Shown: positions 25,370 through 38,849, numbered from the stretch's first letter. The stretch: 64,000 bases of DNA from Eledone cirrhosa (GCA_964016885.1 OZ024741.1:192200001-192264000), one strand, 5' to 3'. Made by a program: numbers and translations. Notes: generated by a model not told the origin, from the letters alone.

Positions 25370-26868
25370 TTCTTTCTTTATTAACCACAAGGGTTGACAT
25401 AAAGTATAACATTAAGGACAGTACAGGACGGTACAGGGCGTTACAAATGGTCATTTATGCGTGTAAAGAAAAAGCAACAACAAAGGAAATGACAAAAATA
25501 AAAATGAAACAAAAGAAAATTCCCCAATAGGGGGGAGACTTCCGAGGGTCACTCATGGAGAAAGCCCATTAAAAAAAGCCACGGTTACCCTGACCACCAG
25601 GGCAAGTGCCCTCTCCTAGTTTTCCACCTCAAAACTACAGGCACATACTCAGAGCAGGCCCAGTCACTCGGGCCATGCTTGCTTCTCTCACCCATCTTTC
25701 AGCAAATTACTGGGAAAGGAGCACTTCCCTCTCCACTCTAATTTTCTTTTTTAAATGAAATTTGTAAAAGTTAATCAGGGCATCGCCGAAGAGGTAAGTG
25801 CTCGTCTTCAGCCCTTTCAAGTGCGTCCACCACACGACCTCCAGGAAGATAAAACTGGCTGCCCTTTCCGGCTAAAGGAAGGTGGCGGGGCAATCCTAAT
25901 GATGGACTCAGCTGATAGCTGGATCCGTCCTACACGCAACAGCAAGTGTTCGACATAAACCCACAAGCCAGCAATGCTCAGACACTGGACAAGTGCATGC
26001 AGGACGGTTTTGTTGCCTTGCGTACATCTTGGACAGGCCTGGCTGACGGCACTTCCATGCCTGTAGAGTTTATCCTGAACTGGCAAAGCTCCCGGGTAAC
26101 ACTGTCAGGCCAGGGCTTTCTGGAAGTTGTCCATGGGTCCCGGCCTGAAAGTTCTCCTGAAGAGATTGGCTAGTTGATTTTCGTTGATGCCCAGAGTCTC
26201 CCCCAAGAACATCGTCTGTCTTTCCCTCCACTAAGCCTCTATAGAATGCCAAGGTGGAGTTTCCACTGATCGCATCGCCCAATTGGTCGAGGGCTGTGAG
26301 CGTCTGAAGTCATTCCAATCTCCAAGCGCTTCCTCTCTGTCTTTGCTTGACCCAGGACTGCATCTCCGACATGGAGATGAGCTGGGGAAAAACGCATCTA
26401 GCAAATGGTGCCCACACCTGTTCACCGTTGAGGAAGAGGTGGCGATACATAGCCTAAACATTTGTCTGCTTATTGTCAGCCACAGCATGCCCAGCCCTCC
26501 ACGTAGTGGGTGTTGACAACAGATCAATCACCTGGCCATTGGAGCGCATCCCTTCCACAATAAGGAAAAAGGGCAAACACTCCAACACAGTCGGGCGACG
26601 CTTAGGACAAGGCACGATGGTCAGTCGGTAGTAGATGACGGACGTGATGTACGCGTTTGCCACCTCCACTCGATCTTTCATGGATAGCTTCCTTTCTGCC
26701 CATTTCTGGGTAAGAGAGGCCACCCTGCTTGTCACCTCATCCCAGTTTTTGTCTGTCTGGAGGTCTGGACCAAACCAGACACCTAGCAATTTAACCAGTC
26801 CGTCCATCCAGTGCCCCGACGATGCTGTTGGATGGCATAGACCTGCCTCTCCAGGTGCCGAGCCGTAG
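25370..26868 (-). mobile_element. Tx1/L1-like LINE 3' fragment
   Basis: LGVWFGPDL..W..., CPRC...HALVQC zinc knuckle, 3' UTR. Confidence 0.8.
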
Positions 26869-26869
26869 G

Positions 26870-27808
26870 AAGCACCAGAGATGTCGCAGCCTCAGTGCAC
26901 GTTTGCGCATCATCAGCCATGGCATGCCCAGTCCTCCACGCAACGGGTGTTGACAGCAGATGGATCATCTGACCGTGGGAGTGCGTCCCTTCCACAAAAA
27001 GCGGAAGAGGAGGCGCTCCATTTTGGTGAGAGTTGGGCTGGAGCAAGGGACGACGGTGAGGCGGTAGCAGATGACGGATGCGATGTACGCATTCACCACC
27101 TCCGCCCTGCCTTTCAGGCACAGCTTCCTCTCGGCCCATTTCTGGGTGAGGGAGGCCACCCTGCTCGTCACCTCATTCCAGTTTTTCTCCATCTGGAGGT
27201 CCGGTCCGAACCAGACCCCGAACAATTTAACCGGTCCGTCCGTCCAACGCCCCACGACGCTGTCGGACGGCATGGACTTGCCTCTCCAGGTGCCGAGCTG
27301 CAAGCCCACCAACTTTTCCTGGTTTATCTTTACTCCTGTCACCGCTTCGTATTTCTTGAGAGCGGTGCCGAGCATCTGGATGTGTCTGGTGCTCGACACC
27401 ACCACGGTGACGTCGTCGGCGTAAGCCGACTCGGATTTTCCGCATCCTAGTTCGCGTGGGACGCCCCTCATCGCCCCTAGTTTGTGAAGTAACGGCTCGA
27501 GAGCCAATACGTACAAGAGGGACGAGAGGGGACAACCCTGGCGGGCTGAGCGCATGATGCTGAACGGCTGCGACAGGTGACCGTTCACCCTCACAACTGT
27601 ACATTGCTGCGATCCAACCCCTGAAAACGGGCCCGAAACCGGCTGCCTCGAGGACCGCCGCCAGGTACCGATGGTCGACCCTATCGAATGCTTTGGATTG
27701 ATCCAAGTTGATCAGGGCCCCACCCGTGCCAGGTTCCTTAACCACCCTCTTTATGATGTATCGCATGAGGTGGAGGTTGTCGTGTATGGATCTGTCCGGA
27801 ATGGCGCA
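26870..27808 (-). mobile_element. GC-rich Tx1/L1-like RT fragment
   Basis: INLDQSKAFDRVDH, RQGCPLS, AYADDV, LFGVWFG. Confidence 0.88.
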
Positions 27809-27814
27809 TAATAA

Positions 27815-28005
27815 TAATAATAATTGTTTCTACTTTAGGCACAAGGCCAGCAATTACCCAGTGCATTACTGGTACTTTATTTTATCGACCCCGTAAGGAT
27901 GAAAGGCAAAGTCAACCTCGGCGGGATTTGAACTCAGATCGTAAAGGGACGTAACGATAATAATTGTTTCTACTTTTGGCACAAGGCCAGCAATTATCCA
28001 GTGCA
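27815..28005 (-). mobile_element. Two adjacent truncated SINE family A copies
   Basis: Reverse complement of SINE body and tail. Confidence 0.8.
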
Positions 28006-28024
28006 ATAATAAAAATAAAAATAA

Positions 28025-29365
28025 TAAGGTGAGATGATAAAGGAAATTGACACTGAAGAGGGATACAAATATTTAGGTGTTTTGGAGGCAGATGACATCA
28101 AGAACAAAAAAAATGAAGGAATTGATAAGATCTGAGTACATAAGGAGAGTAAGGAGCGTATTAAAATCACAGCTAAATAGTAGGAATGTCATAAGTGCAG
28201 TAAATTCCCAAGCTGTGTCTATTATTAGGTTCAGTGCGGGAATTCTGAAATGGAATGTTACTGAACAAAAATAAATGGATAGAAAGACTAGGAAGCTAAT
28301 GACTATCTACAACATGTTCCACAAGAGGAGTGATGTTGATAGACTCTACTTAAAGAGATCTGAAGGTGGAAGAGGTCTTATCAGCATAGAGGACTGTGTT
28401 CAGATGGAGAAAAACAGTCTGCACAAATATGTGTCTGACAGTAGGGAGCCAATGCTCAAAATTGTACTGAAGGAGAAGACAATAGACCAGGGGATGTCCA
28501 AGGAGGAAATAACAACAAGGAGGAAGAGCAACCTTCATGAAAAATCCCTTCGTAGTACCTTCTTTAAGAAAACAGAATTCAGAGATCCACAGACATAGAA
28601 CTGGTTAAAAAGAGGAGACCTTAAAAGAGCTACAGAAGGAATGCTAATGGCTTCGCAAGAGCAAGCCCTCAGAATGAAGTGGGTGAAACACTATATTGAC
28701 AAGGAGGGAGCTAGCTCACTGTGTAGAATCTGTGGAGAGAGAGAGGAGACCATGGCTCAAATTGTATCCAAGTCTAAACACCTAGCCCAGACATGATGTG
28801 ATAGGCAGGGTGATCCACTGGCATCTATGCAAACTAAACAATTTACCAAATTCTGAGAAGTGGTATGAGCATAAGCCAGAATCTGTGATAGAGAACAATC
28901 AAGTGAAGGTGCTATGGGATTTTAGGATACAGACAGACAAGAAATTAGAACACAATAGGCCTGACCTAGTGGTTTTTGACAATGAAAAAAGATTGTGCCT
29001 GATTGTAGATGTAGCCTGCCCATTTGACACGAGAGCGCAAGAAAAGGAGAGGGAGAAAATTAACTGATACCAGGATTTAAAGTGGGAGTTAAAAAGGATT
29101 TGGAACTGCCATGAGATCAAGGTTGTCTCGATTGTCATAGGTGCACTAGGTACTACCTCAAGGATTTTCCAAAGATGGTTAAAGAAGATTAGTCCAGCCC
29201 CGTATTTTGGAACACTTCAAAATGCATGCTTGCTGGGAACAGCAAGAACCCTCCGATATGTCCTGAATATCTGAGGCTGCAGGTAGCAGCTTGATATTCA
29301 TTTCAACAAACTTTCCAGTTAAATAACATCAATGACTGAGACTCAAAGAACAATAATAATAATAA
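28025..29365 (+). mobile_element. R4/Dong-like LINE 3' part with restriction-like endonuclease
   Basis: SDVDRLYLKRSEGGRGL, CRICG, HKPESV..LWDFRIQTD..HNRPDLVV..IVDVACP; (aat)n tail. Confidence 0.85.
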
Positions 29366-32300
29366 TTTCTTTATTGGTCACAAGGGCCTATATATATATG
29401 GGACAATAATGATATAAAAAACAATAATAATCAAGATCAGCCTCATCCAACACACAATCTCTTTCATTACAGCCACCAGGCAGAGGAAAACTGCTTACTC
29501 TTCCTGGCCAAAAGAAGGCGGTGGGGCTATCTTGATGATGGACTTGGTTGATGGCCAGATCTGTCGCACACATGATAACAGCTGTTCAACATAACTCCAT
29601 AAGTCAGTAATGCACAGACACTGGCCGAGTGCATACAGGATGCTTTTGTTGCTCTGTATGTATCTTGGACAGGTCCATTTGACCGCACCTCCGTGCGTAT
29701 AGAGTTTATTTCAAACTGGCAGTGCCCTCCCCAGGGTCACTACAAAGTGAGGGATTTTTAGAAGTTATCCATAGTTTCTGGCTTGCTTGAAATTCCGCCA
29801 GAACAGATTGGCCAGTTTGATTTTGTCAATGCCCAAACCCTCTTTGGGATCATGGTCACACTTGCCCACAACTAATCCTCTATAGAACTCGAGTGGAATT
29901 TCCACTGGCTGGTTTGCCTGCCTGGTGTAGGGCAGTGAGCGCCTGGCAACGTTCCAGATATGCGAGCGGCCAAGTATTGGTCCCTTCTTGACACAGAACT
30001 GTGGCTCAGTCAAAGAGACGAGCTGTGGAAAGATCTGTCTCACAAACAGTGATAACACCTGTTCACTGTTTAAGAATACCTGAAGATGCTATAGCATCAG
30101 TGCATGTTTGCGCATCATCAAGCATGGTATGGCCAGCCCTCCATATAGAGGGTGCTGGCTGCAGATCGACCACCTCACCAACAGAACCTGTCTGTTCCAC
30201 AAGAAGCTGAAGAGCAGTTGTTCCAATTAGGTGAGGTGTGAATAGGGGCAAGGCACTGGTCACATGGTAATAGATGACGGACATAAGGTACGCATTTTTG
30301 CCACCTCCTCTCGACCTTTCAGAGATAACTTTCTCTCAGCCCATTTCTGGGTGAGAGTGGCCATTCTGCTCGTTACCTCATCCCAGGAGGTCTGGTCTAA
30401 ACCCAACCCTGAGCCACTTTATCCATTCCTCCCTCCAGCGTCCAACAACGCTGTTGAACGGTGCCGAGCTGCTAATCCATTGACATTTCTAGGTTCAATT
30501 TTCTAAGAAAGTATTAACCACCTCAATTTCCGCGGTGTTCAACACCATCCACATCCCTATTCAAGCGTGATGCCCTGCAACATCTCCAGTTTCTGCTGTA
30601 AAGGCCACAGAAGGGAGGAGAGAGGCCACCTTTGATGGACCATTCACATGATCTGAAACGGTTCCGAAAGGTGGCCATTAACTTTGACCACCAGGTAGAT
30701 GCCGCTGTGCATTGCAGAGATCCAGTCTCTGAAGATGGGACTGAAGCCAGCTGCCTTGAGGACAGCCTCCAGGTATCAATGGTCAATCCTATCAAAAGCT
30801 TACGCTTAATTATAGCCCTACCAAACTAGATTTATTCCCTACCCTCTCTAAGATGGTAGGGAATAAAAGCATGAAGTGGAGTTTGTTATGTATGGACCTG
30901 GTCAGAATTGCACATGTTTGCACATCCCCTACCAGACCCTTGACAACAAGCGCCAACCTCTTCGCTAACGCTTAGCCAAAATCTTAAACTCTGTGTGCAG
31001 CAGAGTTATGGGCCTGTCTAAAGTGTCCCTTTTGTTCTCATCTTTCCTCATCAGCGTTACTAGGCTCTGGCTTCTAGAAGAACTGGGAATACTCCCATTT
31101 TGCTGACAGTTGCAGTAGATGGTGTTGAGGAGATCGAATAACAAGTCTGGCATATCTACATAAAACTTGGAGGGCAGACCATTCAAACTGGGTGACTTGT
31201 GGCTCGTGCAGCCGACCAGGATATCTTGAATTTTGGCTGATGTTATCAGCCTTTCGCAGCTCTCAGCTTTAGCTGGAGAGCATCGGGGCAGACCTTTCAA
31301 GTAGGAACTGAAGTCCACCACCATCTCCAACCCTTTGCTTTCCCCGAACATGACAACCCCAGGCGATGTGCATTTTTGTTGCCGATTCTGAGTAATGGCC
31401 ATGTTGAATGAAGCTTGGAAAAAGGTGGGAAAGACCACTTACCTCAGTTCTTTTGAGGAAAGACAGTTGCTCCATTCTTCTAGCCAGTTATGGGTTCTTT
31501 TTACAATAATATATGTGTATATTATTTTTGATATTGTCCCATGGAAGTCCCTGATTTCTTTTTTAATTTTGTGTGTGAGCTTTGGTCTATTGGGATAATT
31601 TTTATGTGTGTGGGTGGTGCGATTGTTTTGGGTGTTATGTAGTTTGTTTCTGATAAGCTGGTTGTATGTAATGGAGTAAATTTTTATTAATGTTTATTGC
31701 TGTTTAATGTGAGGAGTTTGTGTCTTTTTGTTGCATTTACTGTTGTTGCAGATGAGGGTTTGGTTCTATTTGGAATGTCTATTGTGTTGTTGACGCTGAG
31801 TGTGGAGATCAGCTTGGTGGTGTTGCTGTTGTTGTTGGTGGTGGATGTGATGATGGTGTATTGGATGGTACTGTGGAGATTTGTGTTGGTGTTGTGTGTT
31901 CTATGTGTGTGATACACTTTTTGGAATTGTCTGTTTTTGTGGGTGAATAGTCCACTTTTTTCTACTTTTTTTTTTTTGTTCACAGTTTGCTACTCCCCCA
32001 TATGGCTACACACCATGTCTGAGTGTGCCAGGTTAGGGAGGGGCATGTCTTGTATTTCTAGTGCTGTTATAAGTGGTGTAGATTCTGGCATGTTGGATGG
32101 TGGTGGCACTCCTGCTATTGTTGTTGCTGACATTGGTGGTATTGTGAATAATGATAGTGCCACTGATGAATGTGGTTAGGAAGGAGAGGGGGATTTATTT
32201 GTTTTGTTGTTTGCTGAGTGCAGTAGGCCTTTAGGTGTGTTTTGTGTCACATATGTGGAACTTTGGCCTTCTGCCCTCTACAGTCATGATGAGTTGGGTT

Positions 32301-32939
32301 CTGACCACATAATCTATTATGTCTGGGATGGTTTGTACGTTGTCTTCGTTGATTTGGATTAGAAGTTCCATCCCAGCCTCTGACTAGTTTTCAGTTTTTA
32401 TTTTTTTCACTTCGAGGATTTGTGTGGTTTCCCCAGCGTCCATGAGGACCGCTGCAACTAGGCCAGGGAATAGCTATTGTGGATGACTCCTGGGTTACTC
32501 TAATTTTTACCAGTCTTTGTCATCAGTACATTGGCAGCAGAGTGATTTTCTCGTTACTGACTGGTGTGAGGGAGTGTCTTCTTGCTTCCTCTGGTGTCTC
32601 AAAGTGTACATCTACTGTCCCAAATCCCCTGCCTCAGGCAATATGGGTTTTGCATGCCCATGCACAACCCAAAACCTTTTGGATCTGGAACTTGGTGGCT
32701 CACTTCACCCCACTTGCGCGGTATGTTACTGTACAATGTCGCACGTTTTCCAGCACATTGGGTGGATATGTGAGACTGATTTTGTAGCCCATCCTCTTTA
32801 AGATTTATTTGACCTCTCTTAATTCATTTTCATTTGCTTGTATGTTTTCCGTGTTTCTCATGGCCCCTGTGAAGAAAACAGCAGTTTTGGTGGGATTCTT
32901 CTGTGTTGAGTTGGGAGGGGACACATGGGTCTGTGATTT

Positions 32940-32974
<35 letters not shown>

Positions 32975-32993
32975 TTGTTGTTGTTGGTGTTGG

Positions 32994-33025
<32 letters not shown>

Positions 33026-33600
33026 TTGTTGTTGTTGTTCATCATGTTATTGCTGTTACCATCGGAGTTGTCGTTCTTGTCTGTGTTACTGTTATTTTTG
33101 TTTGCTTCTGTTATATTTGTTTTTGCATTGTTGGTGTTGTTGTTATTGATATTGTTGTTCATGTTGTGTTCTTGCGATTGTCTGTGTTTGTTTTAATTTT
33201 GTTTTTTGTTTCAGTTCTTGCAGTGGTGGTGGTGGTGGTGGTGGTGTTAGCGGTATTGGATGTGCTTGCTGTTTTGTGGTGGGGGTGGCAGTGTTCACAG
33301 AGGTAAACATTGGTAGAGGTAGAAAGTTTATTTCATTGCGGTTGCTGCATGAGATAAATTTTGGTTACTGTTGTTGTTGTTGGCGATGCTGCCTGTGGTG
33401 GTGCTGGTGGTAACACTGTTTATAATGTTGATGGTGGGAGCGGTGTCTCACTTCTCAGGCTCAACTCGAGGCGCCGTTTTCCATCCATATTTTTTTATAG
33501 AAAAAAAATTATAAAAAAAAAAAACGTTGAAATAGTCTTCAGCCCAAATATTATGGTGTCACTTTTTCATAGGGCAATGAATGGCACCTTATACACAGTT
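29366..33600 (-). mobile_element. Decayed, internally deleted Tx1/L1-like element (Asn-rich ORF1 region plus RT remnants)
   Basis: SPSLNGLP..FY, RPITLLHTEFKILAK, RT C-terminal pieces; poly-Asn/Ser (aac)n region 32830-33200. Confidence 0.65.
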
Positions 33601-33629
33601 CTTAACAAAAATATTCAACAAATTCCACT

Positions 33630-34185
33630 TTCTATCTATCTAAGGCGGGTAAAATTCCCGAGATCCATGGACGAGTTCTCTCCAGCGGTCTCTGTCCCTC
33701 ATTATCGCTGCCATGTCCTGCGTCTCCAACAGACCAGTGTCTGTCCTTAGGGCATCAACATACGTTAACCTTGGTCTTCCTCTTCTAGTGTGTCCATGTA
33801 GGGGCTCCCAAAGGAGCACTGAGTGCAATGTCAACTCTGGATGTCAGTGAGCATGTCCAGCTAACCTCAGTCTCCTCTGTGTCACTTTTGAGCTGACTTT
33901 TGGGATGCTCCCATACATGTATTTGGGAGCAAAGATTGGGAATACGGAAGATGATGTGGTTGAGAGGAAGTGCAAGGCCTGGGCGGCATGCCACAGCTTG
34001 AGATCGGTGTGGAAGTCGGACCTTCGTAGAGACCTGAAAATCCGCCCCTTCATTGCTGTAGTGGAGTCTGTGCTGCTGTACGGGTTTGAGACTTGAACAC
34101 TGACCAAGAAACTCACTCAGATGGTGGATGGGTGCTACACGAGAATGCTGAGGATGGCTCTGAACATTAATAAGTATACACTGAG
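33630..34185 (-). mobile_element. RTE-clade LINE 3' fragment (different family) with inverted 5' part
   Basis: Minus: QRRLRLAGH..RRGRPRLTYVD..DRDRWRELV, (gata)n tail; plus: YLGAKI..VESVLLYGFET..RMLRMALNI. Confidence 0.8.
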
Positions 34186-34269
34186 GATGAAATTCCACTT
34201 TAAAACAACTTAAAGTAACCAACTTTTTGGAGCTGGCATGAACACATTCATCGCAAATGAAAAACAAAA

Positions 34270-34468
34270 TAATAATAATGACTTCTACTAAAGGCACAAG
34301 GCCAGCAATTTTAGTGGGGTGCGGGGAAAGTCGATTAAATCGACCCCAGTGCATAACTGGTACTTTATTTTATCGACCCTGTAAGGATGAAAGGCAAAGC
34401 TAACCTCCGCAGGATTTTAATCCAGAACGTAAAGGGCCATAACTCTATGCTGCAAAGCATAGTGTCTG
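34270..34468 (-). mobile_element. SINE family A
   Basis: Reverse complement of SINE body. Confidence 0.8.
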
Positions 34469-34499
34469 TAATAATAATAATAATAATAGTGATAATAAT

Positions 34500-36345
34500 T
34501 TCTTTATTGACCACAAGGACCGACATATAGGAAATAATACAATAAACAGAGACCATGGGGGTTTACAATAAAATCAAGTAAACAATATAAAACAATAACA
34601 ATAAATAATATTATCATAACAATACAAATTCCTCAATGAGGGGAGGGGCGGTGAACCATCTAGGGTAACTCAGGAAGCCCACTAATCCTGAACCACCCAA
34701 TGCTCCAAGCACACCCAAGGAAGGCACCCTTCCTCTCCAAATCAACCAGCCTACCGGTGCATGGTCACATGGGCCATCCTCGCAACATTTACCCACCTTT
34801 TAGCAATTGTACCAAGGGGGCAGCACTTCTCTCTCCATCCACACCTTCCTTTCCAAGTGAAACTTGAAAAAGTTGATAAGGGATTGGCTGAAGAGAAATG
34901 TCTCTGTCTTTAGTCTTTTCAGCCTTTCCCCCCACACAACTTCTTTTGCTACAGCCACCAGGCAGAGGAAAACTGCCTGCCCTTTTTTTTCTTTCTTTTT
35001 AGTGAAGGACAGAACGCTCGTAAGCGACTTGTTGAAAGAAAAATGTCATCTTGCTTTTCTCTCTTCTATACTAACTGTTAAGATTATACCGCCTGGAAAG
35101 TGTATTTGCTTGGGGATGTCATCAGTATCCCTTTGTGTTGTTTGCATAAGGAATTTAACTGCCATTCCTGACCAGTTCTCTTTGTTAGTCTCAAGGATTT
35201 TCGAGTTTTTCTCAGTGCCTACCGTGACTGCAGCTATTAACCAAGAAATGACTATTTCCGGCAGTATTTGCAAAACATTGATCCTCTCTAGTCTCATTCC
35301 ACAATAGAATGGGACAAGCAGGATCTCATCACTCTGTAGGGGCTTCATAGAGTGAGATCTCGTTTCTTCCTCCATAGCAAATCTCACTTCAACCAAGCCA
35401 AAGCCCTGCCTCTTTGTATACTGGTTTTTAGGTTCCATACAGAACCCAAAGCCTTTTGAATTTGAGCTTCTGTGGCTCTCTCTACTGTCCTTGTTTTCAA
35501 CCCAATAATACGATATGTCCCTGTGCAACATATCGTGTTTAGGATTGTTTCGAAGGGGTTCTTGAGGCTGACAATATGAATAGACTTTTCTATAAGGTTT
35601 TTGGCTTCTTTTATTTCATCTTTAGAAAAGCTTATTTTCCTGAAAGACCACTTCATGGAACTAGCAAAAGAAGTTTCGGTAGTACTATTAACTGGTTTGT
35701 GCGTTGGTTTGTTTTTCTTGTTGTTGATGCTGTAATTGTTGTTGTTGCTGTTATTGTTGTTATTTTCACTGATATTATTGGTGCTGTTATTGTTGTTGTT
35801 GTTATTGTTATTGATCTCCTTTTCATAGTTGTTGTGTTTGCTGTTGTTATCCTCATTCTTGTTATTTTTGTTGGTGGTCTTGTTGTTTCCATTGGTGTTT
35901 TTATCATTGTCTTTGTTGTTGGCATTACTATTCCAGTTGGAACTATCTATATATTTTGTCCTTAAAACAATATTATTTTGAATGATATTGTTTTTCACCT
36001 CCAAATTCATCTCCATTATACAGACGCTGTCATCTTTCTTCTCCGAGTCAAATGTTGACAGCATCTCCCTCTCTCTATTACATGTTTATATGCTGTTTCT
36101 TTTCAGTAGCATCCATCATAAAAATAGTGATGAAAAAAACAAAATTACTAAATTTTACAAAGCCAACACCCCATCAGAGGGGTGCCGTATGAGCAGGACT
36201 GACCCACCTGTTCCAAGCAAGTCAGTTTTTCTAAACTTTTGTCAAGTCTAAAACTTGAACAAAAGAATAGAGATGGTCGAAAAGTAAACAAATAAATGAA
36301 AACTAACCAGAGCTGATATGAAGCGTGGCTTCTATATCAGTAGTA
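34500..36345 (-). mobile_element. Tx1/L1-like deletion derivative: Asn-rich ORF1 joined to the ORF2 3' end
   Basis: ORFs 35384-36064 and 35046-35531; 34500-35000 homologous to 23445-23960. Confidence 0.65.
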
Positions 36346-36420
36346 AAAAATAATAATAATAAAAATTAAAATTAAAAAGTAATAAGTAAATAAAATATTT
36401 TATTATTGTGATTGTTTCAG

Positions 36421-36538
36421 AAACAAAGGTATATCTTTGACTGTCAGGTCACTCAAGTTTACACAACTTGACTATTCAAAACCTGATGTCCTAAAGGCCT
36501 ATGTTGAAACTTTTCAAGATTCACCTTTGAAAAAGCAG
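36421..36538 (+). CDS. BBS1: BBS1 internal exon: NKGISLTVRSLKFTQLDYSKPDVLKAYVETFQDSPLKKQ
   Basis: tttcag/gtatg, 118 nt, phases 2/0; aligns to PLSIQSLRFLQL...FVNQHKSNSIKRQ. Confidence 0.88.
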
Positions 36539-36899
36539 GTATGCTGTTTTGTTCCTTTTTCTTTCTCTTTCTTTCTGTGACACTTTCTCTTACCCTCTAT
36601 CTGTATATACATACAGAATAGGATTTATAACCATTTTAGAATTTGATATGCACACACACACACATACACACACATACACACACACACACACACACATCAT
36701 TTCATCATTCATTTCATCATTTCATTTTACATCCACTTTTACCCTGTTTGCAAGGGTAGGACGGGAACTGATTTGGCTTAATTTCTACAGCTGGATGCCC
36801 TTCCTAACACCAACCTCATTTACAGTGAGTGCTGGGTGCTTTTTTGCCGTGGCACCTCCACGACCACTTTCCAGTGGAATGATATGGGCCCCAGTTCCT

Positions 36900-37047
36900 A
36901 TCATCTCATTTCTATAGCTGAGTAAACTGGAGCAATGTAAAATAAAGTGTCTTGCTCAAGGAAACAACACATCACTCGGTCTGAGAATTGAACTCACAAC
37001 CTTTCGATTGCAAGGCCAATGCTCTAACCACAAAGCCATGTGCCTCA
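36900..37047 (-). mobile_element. tRNA-derived SINE (family B), adjoining an RTE-type 3' tail at about 36700-36870
   Basis: Minus: tggctttgtggttagagc A-box, gagttcaattct B-box, ccttgagcaagacacttta body. Confidence 0.7.
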
Positions 37048-37087
37048 TATATAAATATAAATGTCTTTGGTAATGCATAGAATAATA

Positions 37088-38849
37088 TCTATATATTAAT
37101 TTCAACAATGTCAGTATTCCGTGTCTCATAATTCTCGATTATCATTGGCTCATAGGTTTCAAACGACTCCGCCCACCTCAACGACGCCAAACTTAAATTA
37201 ATATGCATAATGCCAATGAGAGAGTGAGAGGGGAGAGTAAGAAACAGAGAGGCAAAGTGAACGCTGTGTTGGATACACTATGTACATGTGTGTGTAGAGA
37301 GACGTGTGTGTGTGATGTGTGTGGAAATAAGAAGGGAAGGAAAGCAATAACTATTAACATGTGTGCGTGTGTATGTACGTGCGCATATGTTTATGTGTGT
37401 GTGCGTGCGTGCAGCGTTCCACAGAAAGTAAAAACTATCAACATGTGTGAGTGTGTGTAAGTGCACGGGTGTGTGTGTAAGTTTGCGTGTGCGTGTTTCC
37501 ATGCGTGTATGTGTGTGTACGTGTGGCTTTCCACAATCGCCATGCAGTTTATCTGTCTGTGTGCCTGTCTGTCAGTCTAACATACACAGAGTTGTGAAGG
37601 GAGTAAATAGGGGCCTTTTTTTACATTGACGGACATCTTTTATATTTATTATTGTGTCATTTTTTGACAATTGCTCGAAATGAATACTGATAATAAAAGC
37701 AATTTGACTTTATCAAACCGTGAACTACAGTGGCGACGGCGTGCAGCCAGCAATGAAGAAAAACGGGCCAAACAGCGTCATCAGAACGCCGAACTTCAGA
37801 GGCAAAAACGTGCCGCCATGAATGAAGAGGAGCTGGCTGAACAATGCCAACGAAACACTGGAGCCAAGCAGCGACGGCGTGCTGCGATGGTTGAAGACCA
37901 ACTGGCTGAGCATCATCAGCAGATGGCCGGAATTCAGCAGCAACGGCGTGCTGCGATGGATGAAGAGGAGCTGGCTGAACAGCGCCAGCGCAATACAGAA
38001 GTTCAGAGAATGTGTCGCCAAAGTGCTCCTCATTCCAGTAAAGAGGCTAGAAGGCGAACGAATGATATTAAAAATGGATCATGGCAACCGTGTCATTTTT
38101 AGATTGGTGGACGAGCAGAGTGTCCACATTGTGGAGCATTGCTTTGGAGGTACGAAAAGACGTGGACCACAATGTGCTGTCATAAAGGAGCAGTTCAAGT
38201 AGAACCCTTGCGAATGCCGGAAGATGAGGTGTCACCGGAGTTTAAAATACTAAGTATGTGGGGTGATCAAGGAGACCGAGGTAGATTACTGCGCAAATAT
38301 TCGCGGCAAATTAACAATTCATTAGTTTTAGCATCCTCAACGACGCCAAACTTAAATTAATATGCATAATGCCAATGAGGGAGTGAGAGGGGAGAGTAAG
38401 AAACAAAGTGAACGCTGTGTTGGATACACTATGTATATGTGTGAGTGTAGAGACATGTGTGTGTGATGTGTGTGGAAATAAGAGGGGAAGGAAAGCAATA
38501 ACTATTAACATGCGTGCATGTGTATGTAAATGTGTATGTTTATGTGTGAGAAACGTGGAACAACCACGTCTATGCAATGATACATGTTTTACAGTAAGGC
38601 AGAAGATGAACCATCTCCTAGAGGTCACTATTCTAGGTGGGAGCACCTACAATTGTTCATATACTATGCACAAACGGTACAACGAAGAATCTGGTATATC
38701 TGGAAGATTTTTTTTACTGTTTTCTGTATCACACAGACACCACGGACTCACCTCATACTGTAACCAGACAAACATCCAATACAGTCTTTTTCTCTTTTAC
38801 CTGTCTTCTCTTATCTGTTTACCCGGGCGAAGCTGGGTACGTCAGCTAG
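37088..38849 (+). mobile_element. Non-autonomous Helitron with RepHel N-terminal remnant
   Basis: A|TC 5' end, 3' hairpin cccgggcgaagctggg then CTAG|T; CPHCGA.LW.YE....CC.KG and RQINN..LAS motifs. Confidence 0.85.
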
